Program-made: the position numbers and the translations under genes
IMG/VR virus record: IMGVR_UViG_3300020056_001855
Location: 1-49,405 of that record
DNA length: 49,405 nt
From: a virus
Taxonomy: Duplodnaviria > Caudoviricetes
Reading direction: 5' to 3' (one strand)
Shown: piece by piece, positions 1 through 9,680 of the stretch
Layout of the letters: the number at the start of each line of letters is the position of its first letter
How positions within the stretch are numbered: the first letter of the stretch is position 1
The notes under the pieces: generated by a model
What the model was told of the DNA's origin: nothing
What the model saw: the letters and a program-made list of their open reading frames with translations, nothing else
Database searches by the model: none

Positions 1-66
1 TTGTTAACTGATAACATCACAAGATTACAATTTATTAACCACTGGAGTTTATACAATGGACGCTAA
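1..66 (+). CDS. 3' end of an upstream gene (partial)
   Basis: Frame 1 is open from base 1 to TAA at 64-66 (LLTDNITRLQFINHWSLYNGR*) and overlaps the next ATG at 56, as is typical of this window. Confidence 0.4.
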   Translation: MLTDNITRLQFINHWSLYNGR

Positions 67-604
67 ATTACACGATCCGTTTTTGATTGAAACTGATATC
101 AAAGGCGATTTAGATTTTTTTCAACCTTATATGGAGGAAACTGAATGGGTAGATACAAACAAACTTTATGCGGAACATGAAGAATATCAAGATACAATGT
201 ATGGCAGAGAAATGGTGTATCATTATATCAAACATATAAGCAACTATGATATGAAACTCAAAAAATTTGTTATTAAAATGTTTAAAGATTTTGGTGTGCC
301 TACAAAAAATTTTCGTGCAGATTTTTTCTTAACGAAAGCTGGTGGTAGTATGCCTATGCACATTGATGGAATGAGCAAAGTTGCTTTCCTATTGCCTTTA
401 AGTAAAAATACAGGTCCAGTGGTATGCGAAAACAATGATACGAAGTTTGAACTTACATACCAAACACTTACCATATTAAATACACAAATTTCTCATGGTG
501 TAGCAGAACCTACAGAGGATAGGTTACTTTTCAGAGTCGCAGTGCATGATATTATGTTTGAGGACTTGGGAATATACAAGGAACTTTCTAATGGAAGACA
601 CTAA
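56..604 (+). CDS. 2OG-Fe(II) oxygenase/cupin-like protein
   Basis: HxD (PMHID), distal His (SHGV) and Arg (DRLLF) in the spacing of a DSBH dioxygenase; GGAG RBS. Confidence 0.6.
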   Translation: MDAKLHDPFLIETDIKGDLDFFQPYMEETEWVDTNKLYAEHEEYQDTMYGREMVYHYIKHISNYDMKLKKFVIKMFKDFGVPTKNFRADFFLTKAGGSMPMHIDGMSKVAFLLPLSKNTGPVVCENNDTKFELTYQTLTILNTQISHGVAEPTEDRLLFRVAVHDIMFEDLGIYKELSNGRH

Positions 605-1079
605 TGAAGTTTTTGTTTTTGACATAGACTTTCCCAAACAAAAACTTTTAGAAGAATGGCACAATGTTTATTTGAAGGATAGCGAGGGTTACACAGATAA
701 ACGTTACAACAAACCTCCTGCTGAATGGTGGCGAGTTGCTAGGCTCACGAGTCATGACTATAGTACTGAAATATGTGACAAATTAGGCGTCTATGGCAAA
801 CCAAGATTTTATTTACTAGAAAAAAATGCCACTTTACCTTTTCATGTTGATTTAGGAACAATGTGTTCCATAAATTTTATTGTATCAGATGGCGAAGGCG
901 CTCCAGTAACATTCGAAACTACAGGCAATCAATATACCTATAAAAGTGCATTATTGAACACAAGTTTGTCACACGGTGTTACAAATATAGGTGCAGATAG
1001 AATACTTTTTAAAATTAGTTTTATGGAAAATAATTTTGAAGATATAAAAGAAAGAATAAGAAATAGGTTGACAAAGTAA
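591..1079 (+). CDS. 2OG-Fe(II) oxygenase/cupin-like protein (paralog of 56..604)
   Basis: PFHVD...SHGV...DRILF motif; start moved to ATG 591 (AAGGA upstream, overlaps previous gene). Confidence 0.6.
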   Translation: MEDTNEVFVFDIDFPKQKLLEEWHNVYLKDSEGYTDKRYNKPPAEWWRVARLTSHDYSTEICDKLGVYGKPRFYLLEKNATLPFHVDLGTMCSINFIVSDGEGAPVTFETTGNQYTYKSALLNTSLSHGVTNIGADRILFKISFMENNFEDIKERIRNRLTK

Positions 1080-1098
1080 AAAGAATGTGTAATATAAT
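1068..1098 (+). promoter_or_regulatory. sigma70-like early promoter
   Basis: TTGACA at 1068; TAATAT/TATAAT at 1090-1098; followed by AGGAGG RBS and ATG 1115. Confidence 0.65.
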
Positions 1099-1114
1099 AG
1101 CATAGGAGGCTATT

Positions 1115-1840
1115 ATGGCTACAACTGAAGAAAAACAAGAAACAATTGACGCATTAAAAGGCCAAAGATATTTTCGTATTTATTTGAATGGATACGGTGG
1201 CGAAGCAGCATATATTAATATTTCAAAAGAAGCATATGACTTTTGGAAGCCAATTGTAGAAGAAGAAGGTGATAGTAATCTAGTAAGCTATATGGTAAAT
1301 GCTGAAGACGGTGATTTAGATGACTTAGAAGTTATTGTTCCGCCCGAAGCAATGTTTATGCAAGAAGAGATAGACGGCGAAGTATATGCTTATCCATGGT
1401 ATGAAGCACCAAATGAATTTGTACATCAAAATGGCGTAGAATATGGCAGTGCTAGACTTGTTGTCGAAGAAGTGGATTCAGATGAATATATGAGTAATGT
1501 AATTGCTGATGTTATAGATGGAGAAGATCTTGCTGAATATCTAGATGGTATAATGGAAGCAAATGATTATGAATTTGATCTAGTAGAAGCTGATGAAGAT
1601 TTTGGTGATGAAGGTGATTATGTTGTACAATTTTATAGTTCAGAAAAAGGTACATTCTTTGACGGATTGATTACTACATATGGTGACTTTGATCCTAAAA
1701 AACTAAAAGTAATTTACACAGAATATCCTAACGGAGAAGATGTTGTTAGTGTCATAGAGTACGATGGTGAAAATATCGACAACAACGGCGGCGATACAAA
1801 CGGAAAAGGATACAGTGCGCACCTTTGGTCAAATAAATAG
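1115..1840 (+). CDS. hypothetical, very acidic protein
   Basis: 241-aa ORF, strong RBS, D/E-rich; no family recognised. Confidence 0.75.
   Translation: MATTEEKQETIDALKGQRYFRIYLNGYGGEAAYINISKEAYDFWKPIVEEEGDSNLVSYMVNAEDGDLDDLEVIVPPEAMFMQEEIDGEVYAYPWYEAPNEFVHQNGVEYGSARLVVEEVDSDEYMSNVIADVIDGEDLAEYLDGIMEANDYEFDLVEADEDFGDEGDYVVQFYSSEKGTFFDGLITTYGDFDPKKLKVIYTEYPNGEDVVSVIEYDGENIDNNGGDTNGKGYSAHLWSNK
1833..1839 (+). promoter_or_regulatory. T4-late-like promoter core ATAAATA
   Basis: ATAAATA 4 nt before ATG 1844; no SD. Confidence 0.55.
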
Positions 1841-1843
1841 TGT

Positions 1844-2803
1844 ATGCATTTAGAAAGAGCTGTTGTAGAAGTATTCGGAGGCTGTAACTATTCCTGTGAG
1901 ATGTGTCCACAGAGCACTGGTCGAGGTAAACACTGGACTAGGAAAATGCCTATTGAATTATTTGAAAGTGTTCTAGATCAACTTCCTGGAAAACCTATTA
2001 TTAATTTAGAAGGCAGTGGCGAACCCACAATGGCAAAAGATTTGCCATTATATATAGAAGCTTGTACTAAACGTGGACTAAAAAGTTTTATGTATTGTAA
2101 TGGTACATACCTACGTGGTAAGTTTATGCGAGAAGTAATTGATGCCGGTTTAAACTTTGTAAGATTTAGTTGTATTGGATATAATTCACAGCTCTATCAT
2201 AAATGGATGAGTAAAGATAGATTCGATTATGTAAAACAAAATGCAATAGAAACAAAAACATATATTGAGCATGTAGGTAGTGATTGTGAAGTAAGCAGTT
2301 ATCATCTAATACTTGACAATTCAAACATAGATTATGAAGTTTCTCAATATCGTATGAATTGGATAGATAGTATAGGTTGTATAGGTTATATTTGGAAAAT
2401 GCACAATTGGAGTGGTAACTATAATCCAATATATACTCGCCCTATGCAATCAAAAAAAACCTGCGGCAGACCATTTGCACCGGAAATTACAATACGAGCA
2501 GGTGGAATAAATGGTTTACAAGGTGCAGTTACTCCTTGTTGTCAAACTATGGGTCCACCTAATGAAGAATCCAGCGTACTAGGACATTTCCAAAATCAAA
2601 GTTTTGAAGACATTTGGTACGGTGACGATTATAATAATTTACGAAAGTCACATGAATTAGGAGAATGGCCAAGCTACTGTGAAAATTGTGATTTTTTGTA
2701 TGAAGATCCTGAAGTACTAGTTTGGAGTAATGATCCAAATGCCAATATTGATTACATGTTAGGCACGGAATTTAGTTTGAAAGATTACAAATGGCAATCA
2801 TAA
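1844..2803 (+). CDS. radical SAM protein with C-terminal SPASM/twitch domain
   Basis: CNYSCEMC (CxxxCxxC), GSGEP, C-terminal CGRPF..PCC..CENC. Confidence 0.9.
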   Translation: MHLERAVVEVFGGCNYSCEMCPQSTGRGKHWTRKMPIELFESVLDQLPGKPIINLEGSGEPTMAKDLPLYIEACTKRGLKSFMYCNGTYLRGKFMREVIDAGLNFVRFSCIGYNSQLYHKWMSKDRFDYVKQNAIETKTYIEHVGSDCEVSSYHLILDNSNIDYEVSQYRMNWIDSIGCIGYIWKMHNWSGNYNPIYTRPMQSKKTCGRPFAPEITIRAGGINGLQGAVTPCCQTMGPPNEESSVLGHFQNQSFEDIWYGDDYNNLRKSHELGEWPSYCENCDFLYEDPEVLVWSNDPNANIDYMLGTEFSLKDYKWQS

Positions 2804-3540
2804 ACAAAATTACGAAAGAAAAGCAAGCAAAAAGATTACTGAGTTTATTTGATAAAAAATATAAAACTTGTACATGGATATTTGATGCCACAATAGCAGA
2901 TATCGATCATATTTTGTTAAACGATAAATATCGTGACGAACCTGTAGGGCAGTTAGAAGAATGTTTTTCATATTTTACAAACAATAAATTTTATAGCGAT
3001 GATCCTAAATTTGTAAATGATTTATCTACGTGGGATATAAACAAAAGAAAATTTCATGATTTGTGTTGGTGCTACAGTTTATGGCAATTAAGTAATAGTA
3101 TAAAAAAAGAAGGCATGTTACATCCTTTAGGTGTCCAACGTTTTCACGAAAAAGGATTTGCAGTACATCCAGGTACAACACGTCTTAGATTCAACAACTA
3201 TAAAGTTCCACAACAGGTTATATTAACAGATTATACAGGTAGAAATTTTTCTCAAGATTATCCGCAGTTCAATGCTAGGCCAGTTTTTATATCAAAATTA
3301 AGAAATGTTGTTGGCTTGTATCATATGATAGATTTTATGGAAGATGACAGGCCTAAAACACTACTACAAGTTTCAAAAGAAAAAATGCCATGGCAAAGTA
3401 TTAGTAGTAGGCAAATAATTAATAATAATCCTAGTTTGTTAGATCCTCCAATTTTATATGAAATGACAGGCGATTACATTTATATTAACAATCACCCAAT
3501 TGTTGTAAAAAAAGATGGTAAATGGAGAGTAAATCAATGA
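2791..3540 (+). CDS. hypothetical protein, possible ParB/Srx-like core
   Basis: 249-aa ORF overlapping its neighbours; SIKKEGMLHP...HPGTTR weakly resembles the ParB/Srx motif. Confidence 0.55.
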   Translation: MAIINKITKEKQAKRLLSLFDKKYKTCTWIFDATIADIDHILLNDKYRDEPVGQLEECFSYFTNNKFYSDDPKFVNDLSTWDINKRKFHDLCWCYSLWQLSNSIKKEGMLHPLGVQRFHEKGFAVHPGTTRLRFNNYKVPQQVILTDYTGRNFSQDYPQFNARPVFISKLRNVVGLYHMIDFMEDDRPKTLLQVSKEKMPWQSISSRQIINNNPSLLDPPILYEMTGDYIYINNHPIVVKKDGKWRVNQ

Positions 3541-4265
3541 ATCTTTGGGTATTTGGAGACAGTCATGTTGCCGGACATGAACTTGGTGTGTCGAATATAT
3601 TAGAAAAAAAGTTTTACTTGAGTTTAGGAAAGAAGTATAACTCTCACGATGATCTAATGATGCTGCGACAAAAAAATATAGGCAAGTACAAACAAGTAGT
3701 AGAAAGATGGAATCAAGTAATAAAAAATCATTACGATCCTAGTTTGTCATATGCTGGTATTTTAGCAAAAATGTTAGGCTTAAATTTAATTTGTAAAGCA
3801 ATACCGGGTGCTAGTTTAAACGGTCAAATAAAAAAATTAAAAGAAGAAAATATAAATTGGAACAAAGATTTAGTGTTATTCGGAATTCCAAACGAATGGC
3901 GCTGGTTAGATTATAAAGGACTTGATCAAGATATACATAGAGTTCCTGAAAGAATACAAAAAGTTTTATATAATTGGGGACCTGGAGAACACGCAGCAAT
4001 GATAAATCATGTTGGATGTTTATGTTATCTACATATGAATTTTCCAAAAATTGTTTTAATAAAACAAAACAACGATTTTGCATTTAATCATTATAATATT
4101 TCTAAAGAAATACATTTAAATTCAATTAGTTTGAGAACAATGGCGGAAGGTAATTGCTATCCAGGCGGACATTTTAAAGAAGAAGAACATCAAAAGTTTG
4201 CTATTTACATTATGGATTTGCTAAAGGAAAAAGGAATAATAAATGACAGTATGGGCATACGGTGA
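3537..4265 (+). CDS. SGNH/GDSL hydrolase-like protein
   Basis: N-terminal VFGDSH, PGAS block, C-terminal PGGHF; ATGA overlap at 3537. Confidence 0.7.
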   Translation: MNLWVFGDSHVAGHELGVSNILEKKFYLSLGKKYNSHDDLMMLRQKNIGKYKQVVERWNQVIKNHYDPSLSYAGILAKMLGLNLICKAIPGASLNGQIKKLKEENINWNKDLVLFGIPNEWRWLDYKGLDQDIHRVPERIQKVLYNWGPGEHAAMINHVGCLCYLHMNFPKIVLIKQNNDFAFNHYNISKEIHLNSISLRTMAEGNCYPGGHFKEEEHQKFAIYIMDLLKEKGIINDSMGIR

Positions 4266-4932
4266 CAGTCATACGGCAGGTGCTGAACTTGGATGCACTA
4301 TTGACTACAAAGATTGGTTAAAAAATAATAAAGTTGATGATTGGAATCAATATCTTATTGATACAAAGCAATATAGTAAGTTAATAGGGGATTGTGATAT
4401 TCCTTGTAATCCTGAACTTAGTTGGGCAGGGAGGTTAGCTGCTAAATTAAATTGTGACTATGTGTGTAAAGCATACCCAGGATGGAGCAATGACCACTGC
4501 ATCAAATCTATGTTAGATGATATGACGTTATGGGAAGATGATGATTTAATATTATGGGGAATAACAACACCAATAAGATTTCGTCCTGCTGGAAATCATT
4601 TAAGTAATCATCAGCCAGCTAGATGGCCAAAAGTGATAGCAAAAGTTTGGTTTGATTATGGACCGCATGAAGAAAGTACAAGATTATACAATCAAGGTAT
4701 GATGATGTTTTTTAAAAGACTACACAAAAATACTTTGTGTGTTAGGATGAACAACGATGATCTTAGTGTCAATGGAGTTTATTTTGATGATATGTTGCAT
4801 ACCAAAATAAGTTTGCTAGATTGGCAACGAAAGGGTAATTATGGTATTTTACCTCATACACATTATGATGCATATTGTCACGAAGATTATGCAGAAATGA
4901 TATATAACACATTAGGAGATACTTATGGATAA
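4243..4932 (+). CDS. SGNH/GDSL hydrolase-like protein
   Basis: AYGDSH, PGWSN, C-terminal PHTHY; tandem paralog of the previous gene. Confidence 0.7.
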   Translation: MTVWAYGDSHTAGAELGCTIDYKDWLKNNKVDDWNQYLIDTKQYSKLIGDCDIPCNPELSWAGRLAAKLNCDYVCKAYPGWSNDHCIKSMLDDMTLWEDDDLILWGITTPIRFRPAGNHLSNHQPARWPKVIAKVWFDYGPHEESTRLYNQGMMMFFKRLHKNTLCVRMNNDDLSVNGVYFDDMLHTKISLLDWQRKGNYGILPHTHYDAYCHEDYAEMIYNTLGDTYG

Positions 4933-5107
4933 GGTTATCGAAAAAAAAGTAGAAGAAATATTTGAAGATATTGAAGGCGATGATGATAACGTGTTAATGA
5001 ATATTCCACCTGAGATTATGGAATTACAAGGTTGGAAAGAAGGCGACACCTTACGTATTGAGACGCTAGATTATGGTTTAAGTATTACCAAAGTAGAAGG
5101 AGATTAG
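4925..5107 (+). CDS. AbrB/MazE/SpoVT-like small DNA-binding protein
   Basis: MNIPPEIMELQGWKEGDTLRI swapped-hairpin pattern; AGGAG RBS. Confidence 0.6.
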   Translation: MDKVIEKKVEEIFEDIEGDDDNVLMNIPPEIMELQGWKEGDTLRIETLDYGLSITKVEGD

Positions 5108-5326
5108 GTGGCTAAAAACAACGATATTATAGAAATGGAAGGCAAAATAGTAGATGTTTTGCCAAATCAAATGTATAAAGTTGAATTAGATAATGGCCAT
5201 TTTGTTACTTGTTATACAGGTGGCAAGATGCGAAAACATAAAATACGCTTAGTAGGCGGAGATAGAGTGCAAATTGAAATGACCCCTTATGATTTAGAAA
5301 AAGGGCGGATTATGTTTAGATTATGA
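5108..5326 (+). CDS. infA: translation initiation factor IF-1
   Basis: 72 aa; [45 protein letters not shown]; GTG start. Confidence 0.97.
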   Translation: MAKNNDIIEMEGKIVDVLPNQMYKVELDNGHFVTCYTGGKMRKHKIRLVGGDRVQIEMTPYDLEKGRIMFRL

Positions 5327-6576
5327 AAAAAATAGATTGTTATTTTCCATACAAACAAATTTTATTTGACATACCACGCAACGATGTAAAGTGGTGTTGT
5401 AAAATGTTACAAGCTTCTAGTCTTGATGATTTTGATCCACAAAATTATTTTGCTGATCCATTGCTTTCTGATATACGCAATAGCTTAGAACAAGGTGTAG
5501 AGCACTCTGCATGTGATTTATGTTGGAAAGCAGAAGAAAAAAATGTAGAAAGTTGGAGACAAGTAGAGGGCAAAATACCTGAACATTTGCAAAACACTGA
5601 TCTAAACAAAGATCCTTATAATAAAAAATTTCAAAGACTTGAGCTATTCTTTGATAACACATGTGACCTTGCTTGTATATACTGCGGTCCGTGGTTGAGT
5701 AGCAAATGGGCGCAAGAAAACGAAAAAACAAAAGTTTTTTCAAACTTTGAATATGTAGAAAAAAATACTAACGAAAAAACACAAAAGATTATAGATACCA
5801 TACGTAATATCGGACGTAATGCAAACGAACACGAAAGAGTTGATTTAGCGTTTTTAGGTGGCGAGCCGTTTTTAAGCCCGCAGGTAAAAGATGGCAAATT
5901 TATGAGATTTGTAGATGCATATTATGAACATGCTCCTTTAAGCAGCGAATTGTTACTGAACTTCATTACTAATCTAAACACACCAGATAAAATATTTGAC
6001 AAAAATTTAAACGTGTTGCTAGAAGCAAAAAACAAATATCCTAATTTACTTGTACATATTAGTATGAGTTTAGAGTGTGTTGGAGAAATGACAGAACTTA
6101 CACGTTTTGGTAGCAATTGGAATCAGGTTGATAAAAATATCAATAAATGGCTTGAACAAGATTGGATAAATTTTAATTTTAATACTGCTTTTAATGCACT
6201 TACATTATCAGATGCTGCAAATTATATTAGTTATCTAGTTAACCTTTACAATAAACATAAGAGAAAAATAAGTATAAGTCCTAATGTAGTTTACGAACCA
6301 GACGGGCTGGAACCAAGTGTATTAGATAACAGTTTTGAAATTTACATAAAAAACGCACTAACAATACTATCAAATAATACACATTGTTTTGAAGATGACG
6401 AAGGAATTGGTTGGCAAAGACTTGCACAAAATTTGGAAAATATTTCTAACAGTCTTGGAAATAACACTGAGAAGAAAAAGAATTTAAAAGTGTATCTGAC
6501 TTATATGAATAAATTAAGAGGAATAGATATTAACAATAGTTTTCCTTTGGTTGTAAAATATCTAAAAAACACTTGA
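5323..6576 (+). CDS. radical SAM protein with N-terminal twitch-like domain
   Basis: CYFPY..CC..CDLC at the N-terminus, [13 protein letters not shown]. Confidence 0.88.
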   Translation: MKKIDCYFPYKQILFDIPRNDVKWCCKMLQASSLDDFDPQNYFADPLLSDIRNSLEQGVEHSACDLCWKAEEKNVESWRQVEGKIPEHLQNTDLNKDPYNKKFQRLELFFDNTCDLACIYCGPWLSSKWAQENEKTKVFSNFEYVEKNTNEKTQKIIDTIRNIGRNANEHERVDLAFLGGEPFLSPQVKDGKFMRFVDAYYEHAPLSSELLLNFITNLNTPDKIFDKNLNVLLEAKNKYPNLLVHISMSLECVGEMTELTRFGSNWNQVDKNINKWLEQDWINFNFNTAFNALTLSDAANYISYLVNLYNKHKRKISISPNVVYEPDGLEPSVLDNSFEIYIKNALTILSNNTHCFEDDEGIGWQRLAQNLENISNSLGNNTEKKKNLKVYLTYMNKLRGIDINNSFPLVVKYLKNT

Positions 6577-6601
6577 CAATAGAACAGTGTCCTGCTATAA
6601 C
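6573..6601 (+). promoter_or_regulatory. sigma70-like early promoter
   Basis: TTGACA-N17-TATAAC with TG extension. Confidence 0.75.
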
Positions 6602-6647
6602 TAGTTATAAAGAAAATTTAGGCAACATAAAGGCACTGATAAAATCC

Positions 6648-7328
6648 ATGACTACTTACAAGACAGAAAAACTAGTTGAATTGGCATATGCAGCGTACCG
6701 TGTTAATAAAGGTTACGAAAAATCAACTCGTCGATATAGCGAGGGCCAGCCGCCTACATTTAGTAACAAAGAGCTTATAGCGTTTTCACTAGCAGACTGG
6801 GCACCTGATGATTTTAAAAATTTAGAAATCACAGATGAAGATAGAGCTGCAAAAGCACAAGGCGATAAACACATGCGCCGCTACACTATGTTAGCAATGG
6901 GTGATTTGCCAGATTTTGAATCAGACTTGTTTGCAGCTTACAGTAGTGAAGAAATGCCAATTGGGCGTGTTGGTTTAATAGCATATCTGCCTGCTTTTAT
7001 AGAACGTCAGGTTAAAGACAAAGTTTACAAACAACGTGTTAAAACAGAATTTAATGAAAGCAAGCATTTAGAGGGTAGTAAACTTGAACCAACTGAAGTA
7101 GAAATCCTAAAAGTCATTCCTCTTAAGAATGATTGGCTTTCTGAACCAGCGTATTTACATTTTGGCTCTATTGGAAAAGATTTAGTGTGTTTTTCAGTAA
7201 AGCAAATGTATGCGGTTGGAGAAACGTACGACATTGTTGCACGTATCAAAGGTAAAGACAAAGAACGTGACAGCGGAATTCCTATGACACGCCTTAACTA
7301 TGTAAAACTTCGTAAGAAAGAGATTTAA
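6648..7328 (+). CDS. hypothetical protein, possible C-terminal OB-fold
   Basis: Start moved to ATG 6648 downstream of the promoter; beta-rich C-terminus ending TRLNYVK. Confidence 0.7.
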   Translation: MTTYKTEKLVELAYAAYRVNKGYEKSTRRYSEGQPPTFSNKELIAFSLADWAPDDFKNLEITDEDRAAKAQGDKHMRRYTMLAMGDLPDFESDLFAAYSSEEMPIGRVGLIAYLPAFIERQVKDKVYKQRVKTEFNESKHLEGSKLEPTEVEILKVIPLKNDWLSEPAYLHFGSIGKDLVCFSVKQMYAVGETYDIVARIKGKDKERDSGIPMTRLNYVKLRKKEI

Positions 7329-7534
7329 TGTTAGAATCAATGTTTAATGAAATGACTTTATGGTTGTTGGGAACAGCAGTGGTGTTTACTTTTGTTGGTA
7401 AATGGATGTTTATGAAAGACACGGTTGAGGATATTGTTGACTCTACTCTACAAAGTCTTATTGATCAAGGCTATATTAAAATGGAAGGCGATGATATTGT
7501 GAAATGGGAAGATTGGTGTCGCGACAATGATTAA
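7328..7534 (+). CDS. small membrane protein
   Basis: TAATG overlap; hydrophobic LWLLGTAVVFTFVG segment. Confidence 0.65.
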   Translation: MLESMFNEMTLWLLGTAVVFTFVGKWMFMKDTVEDIVDSTLQSLIDQGYIKMEGDDIVKWEDWCRDND

Positions 7535-8141
7535 ATTACAAGGCAAGTTGCCTCGTTCTTTATTTGTTGCGTGTAGCGGAGGTGTAGACAGTATGGCTGT
7601 GCTACATTTCCTTAGTAGAAATCACCAAGTCCATGCATTATATTTTGATCATGGTACAGAACATGGCAGACAAGCAAAGGAATTTTTAGAGGAATATTGT
7701 CTATTAAATGATATTCCGTTGACAACCGGTAAAATAACTGGAACTATTCCACCAGGACCGCACAGCAGAGAAGCATGGTGGCGTGAACAACGTTACGAGT
7801 TTTTTGATAAATTTGTAGGCAGCACAGTTGTTACAGCTCATCACCTAGATGATTGTGTAGAAACTTGGATTTGGAGTAGTTTAAATGGTACATCTAAATG
7901 GATTCCCTATCGCAGAAATTGGGTTGTAAGACCATTTAGACAAACCAGAAAACGTGACCTAGAATTATGGTGTCGTTTAAATAATATACCGTGGATAGAG
8001 GATGACAGCAACGAAAATATCCATTATACTAGAAACTATATTAGACATGAAATGATGCCGCATGTTATTAAAGTTAATCCAGGTATCCATAAAACAATAA
8101 GGAAAAAGGTTATAGCTGATGTCGAAGGCATCCAAAACTGA
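7527..8141 (+). CDS. tilS: tRNA(Ile)-lysidine synthetase, PP-loop catalytic domain only
   Basis: ACSGGVDS, DHG, EAWWREQRY, TAHHLDD..ET, DDSN..RNYIR. Confidence 0.9.
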   Translation: MIKLQGKLPRSLFVACSGGVDSMAVLHFLSRNHQVHALYFDHGTEHGRQAKEFLEEYCLLNDIPLTTGKITGTIPPGPHSREAWWREQRYEFFDKFVGSTVVTAHHLDDCVETWIWSSLNGTSKWIPYRRNWVVRPFRQTRKRDLELWCRLNNIPWIEDDSNENIHYTRNYIRHEMMPHVIKVNPGIHKTIRKKVIADVEGIQN

Positions 8142-8262
8142 AACTAAAAAATTGCTGCGAGAATGGAAACAACATCTTGCAAATAGCAAACTGACAGAAC
8201 GTGAACAAAATAAAAGAGCACGTGAATTTACAAGAAAAGGAATGCGTCCTAATGAGTCATGA
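8119..8262 (+). CDS. small basic hypothetical protein (47 aa; not in ORF track)
   Basis: MSKASKTETKKLLREWKQHL...GMRPNES*; fills the gap and overlaps both neighbours. Confidence 0.55.
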   Translation: MSKASKTETKKLLREWKQHLANSKLTEREQNKRAREFTRKGMRPNES

Positions 8263-8455
8263 TTATATGGGTTTAGAAGATACATTAGAAGATGACGATT
8301 ATGGTTTTATCTTAGATAAACAAGGCAATCTAAAAGGTATATGGATACCATCTAATAACCAAGACAAAGAAGTGCCAGAAGCAATAGTAAAGTTGATTAA
8401 AGACTATTGGGGCATTGATCCTAACGATGATACAAATTATGGATATTTGCATTGA
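8252..8455 (+). CDS. small acidic hypothetical protein
   Basis: Start moved to ATG 8252 (AAGGA upstream); 67 aa. Confidence 0.6.
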   Translation: MSHDYMGLEDTLEDDDYGFILDKQGNLKGIWIPSNNQDKEVPEAIVKLIKDYWGIDPNDDTNYGYLH

Positions 8456-8682
8456 CTCCTGTAGAAATTTTTGAATATAAACAACGTTGGAAGCCTGGTT
8501 ACACTGTGCGCTTGCACAGCGATTTACGTAATCGTGGCAAAGATTTTTGCAAGATACAAATGCACCAACAACAATGGGATGTAAGCACATTTACCAATGT
8601 GTACGAAGATACATTTCATTTTGAATATAGACAAGATGCAGAAAGTTTTGCTGCACAATGGCCGGAGTATATAAACCAATGA
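8452..8682 (+). CDS. hypothetical protein
   Basis: TTGA-overlapped start; 76 aa. Confidence 0.65.
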   Translation: MTPVEIFEYKQRWKPGYTVRLHSDLRNRGKDFCKIQMHQQQWDVSTFTNVYEDTFHFEYRQDAESFAAQWPEYINQ

Positions 8683-8966
8683 CAGAACAATTAACAAAAA
8701 CAGAAGCTATAGGTAAAATTGTTGCCTTAGCGAAAGAAGTAGAAATCAAGGATTCCATTGATTGGACCAAACTTAATGTGACAGAAAATGAACTATATGA
8801 AATTATGGCAGACAAAGTTCTTGATCAAATGTATGGTTGTCCCGAGGAACACAGAGAAGCTGTATCAATGAGCACTATTACAAAATTGCTTGTTGAAAAT
8901 TTTATTTTGAAAATTAAAGTAGAAGAGGAAAAATCAAAAAATGCCGTTAGTGCCGATAGTAATTGA
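8679..8966 (+). CDS. hypothetical protein
   Basis: ATGA overlap, GGAG RBS; 95 aa. Confidence 0.65.
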   Translation: MTEQLTKTEAIGKIVALAKEVEIKDSIDWTKLNVTENELYEIMADKVLDQMYGCPEEHREAVSMSTITKLLVENFILKIKVEEEKSKNAVSADSN

Positions 8967-9558
8967 AAGTGAATCAAAAGGCGAACGTAGTTATGATATC
9001 TACAGTCGTCTACTAAAAGATCGTATTGTAATGATGCAAGGCGTTGTCGAAGACAATATGGCTAATCTTATAGTTGCTCAAATGCTATTTCTTGAAAGTC
9101 AAAATCCAGAAAAGCCAATCAACTTGTATATTAATAGCCCGGGAGGTAGTGTTACAGCAGGATTAGCAATTTATGATACTATGCAATTTGTTAAAACACC
9201 AGTACATACGATGGTAATGGGTCAGGCTGCAAGTATGGGTAGCTTCCTAGCACAAGCTGGTGCACCAGGCAAACGTTTTGTGCTACCTGAAAGCCGCACA
9301 ATGATTCATAGAGTGTCTAGTGGTACTAGAGGCACTAGCGGTAGTGTTCATGTGCAAGAACTTGAGTTTGAAGATGCCCGTAGACACTTTGAAGAAAGTA
9401 AACGATTAAACAACCGTTTGACAGAATTATATGTAAAACACAATAGCAAAGGTAAAACTTTTGAAGAACTGTTCGAAACTATGAAATTTGATACTTTCTT
9501 AAGTGCAGAAGAAGCGGTTGAAAACGGTCTTGCTGATAAGGTTGTTGAAAGCAGATGA
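8941..9558 (+). CDS. clpP: ATP-dependent Clp protease proteolytic subunit
   Basis: [31 protein letters not shown] (Ser), MIH (His), [14 protein letters not shown]. Confidence 0.97.
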   Translation: MPLVPIVIESESKGERSYDIYSRLLKDRIVMMQGVVEDNMANLIVAQMLFLESQNPEKPINLYINSPGGSVTAGLAIYDTMQFVKTPVHTMVMGQAASMGSFLAQAGAPGKRFVLPESRTMIHRVSSGTRGTSGSVHVQELEFEDARRHFEESKRLNNRLTELYVKHNSKGKTFEELFETMKFDTFLSAEEAVENGLADKVVESR

Positions 9559-9680
9559 TTACTGCTATAGTCATAGGTTTTGTATTTTTGTGGGTGTATA
9601 TACAAACACGCCCACACAAAACTTCATGCACTGGAAATTGTAATCAAGGGAGAAACTGTACATGTCAGAAAACAAAATAG
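9555..9680 (+). CDS. 41-aa membrane-anchored Cys-rich peptide (not in ORF track)
   Basis: [41 protein letters not shown]; ATGA overlap with the clpP stop. Confidence 0.7.
   Translation: MITAIVIGFVFLWVYIQTRPHKTSCTGNCNQGRNCTCQKTK

Noticed and set aside
8941-9558. clpP, infA and tilS as evidence of a bacterial chromosome
   Set aside because: The context (T4-like late promoters, virion genes, dense small ORFs, no clpX, tig or ribosomal operon) indicates phage-borne host-like genes.
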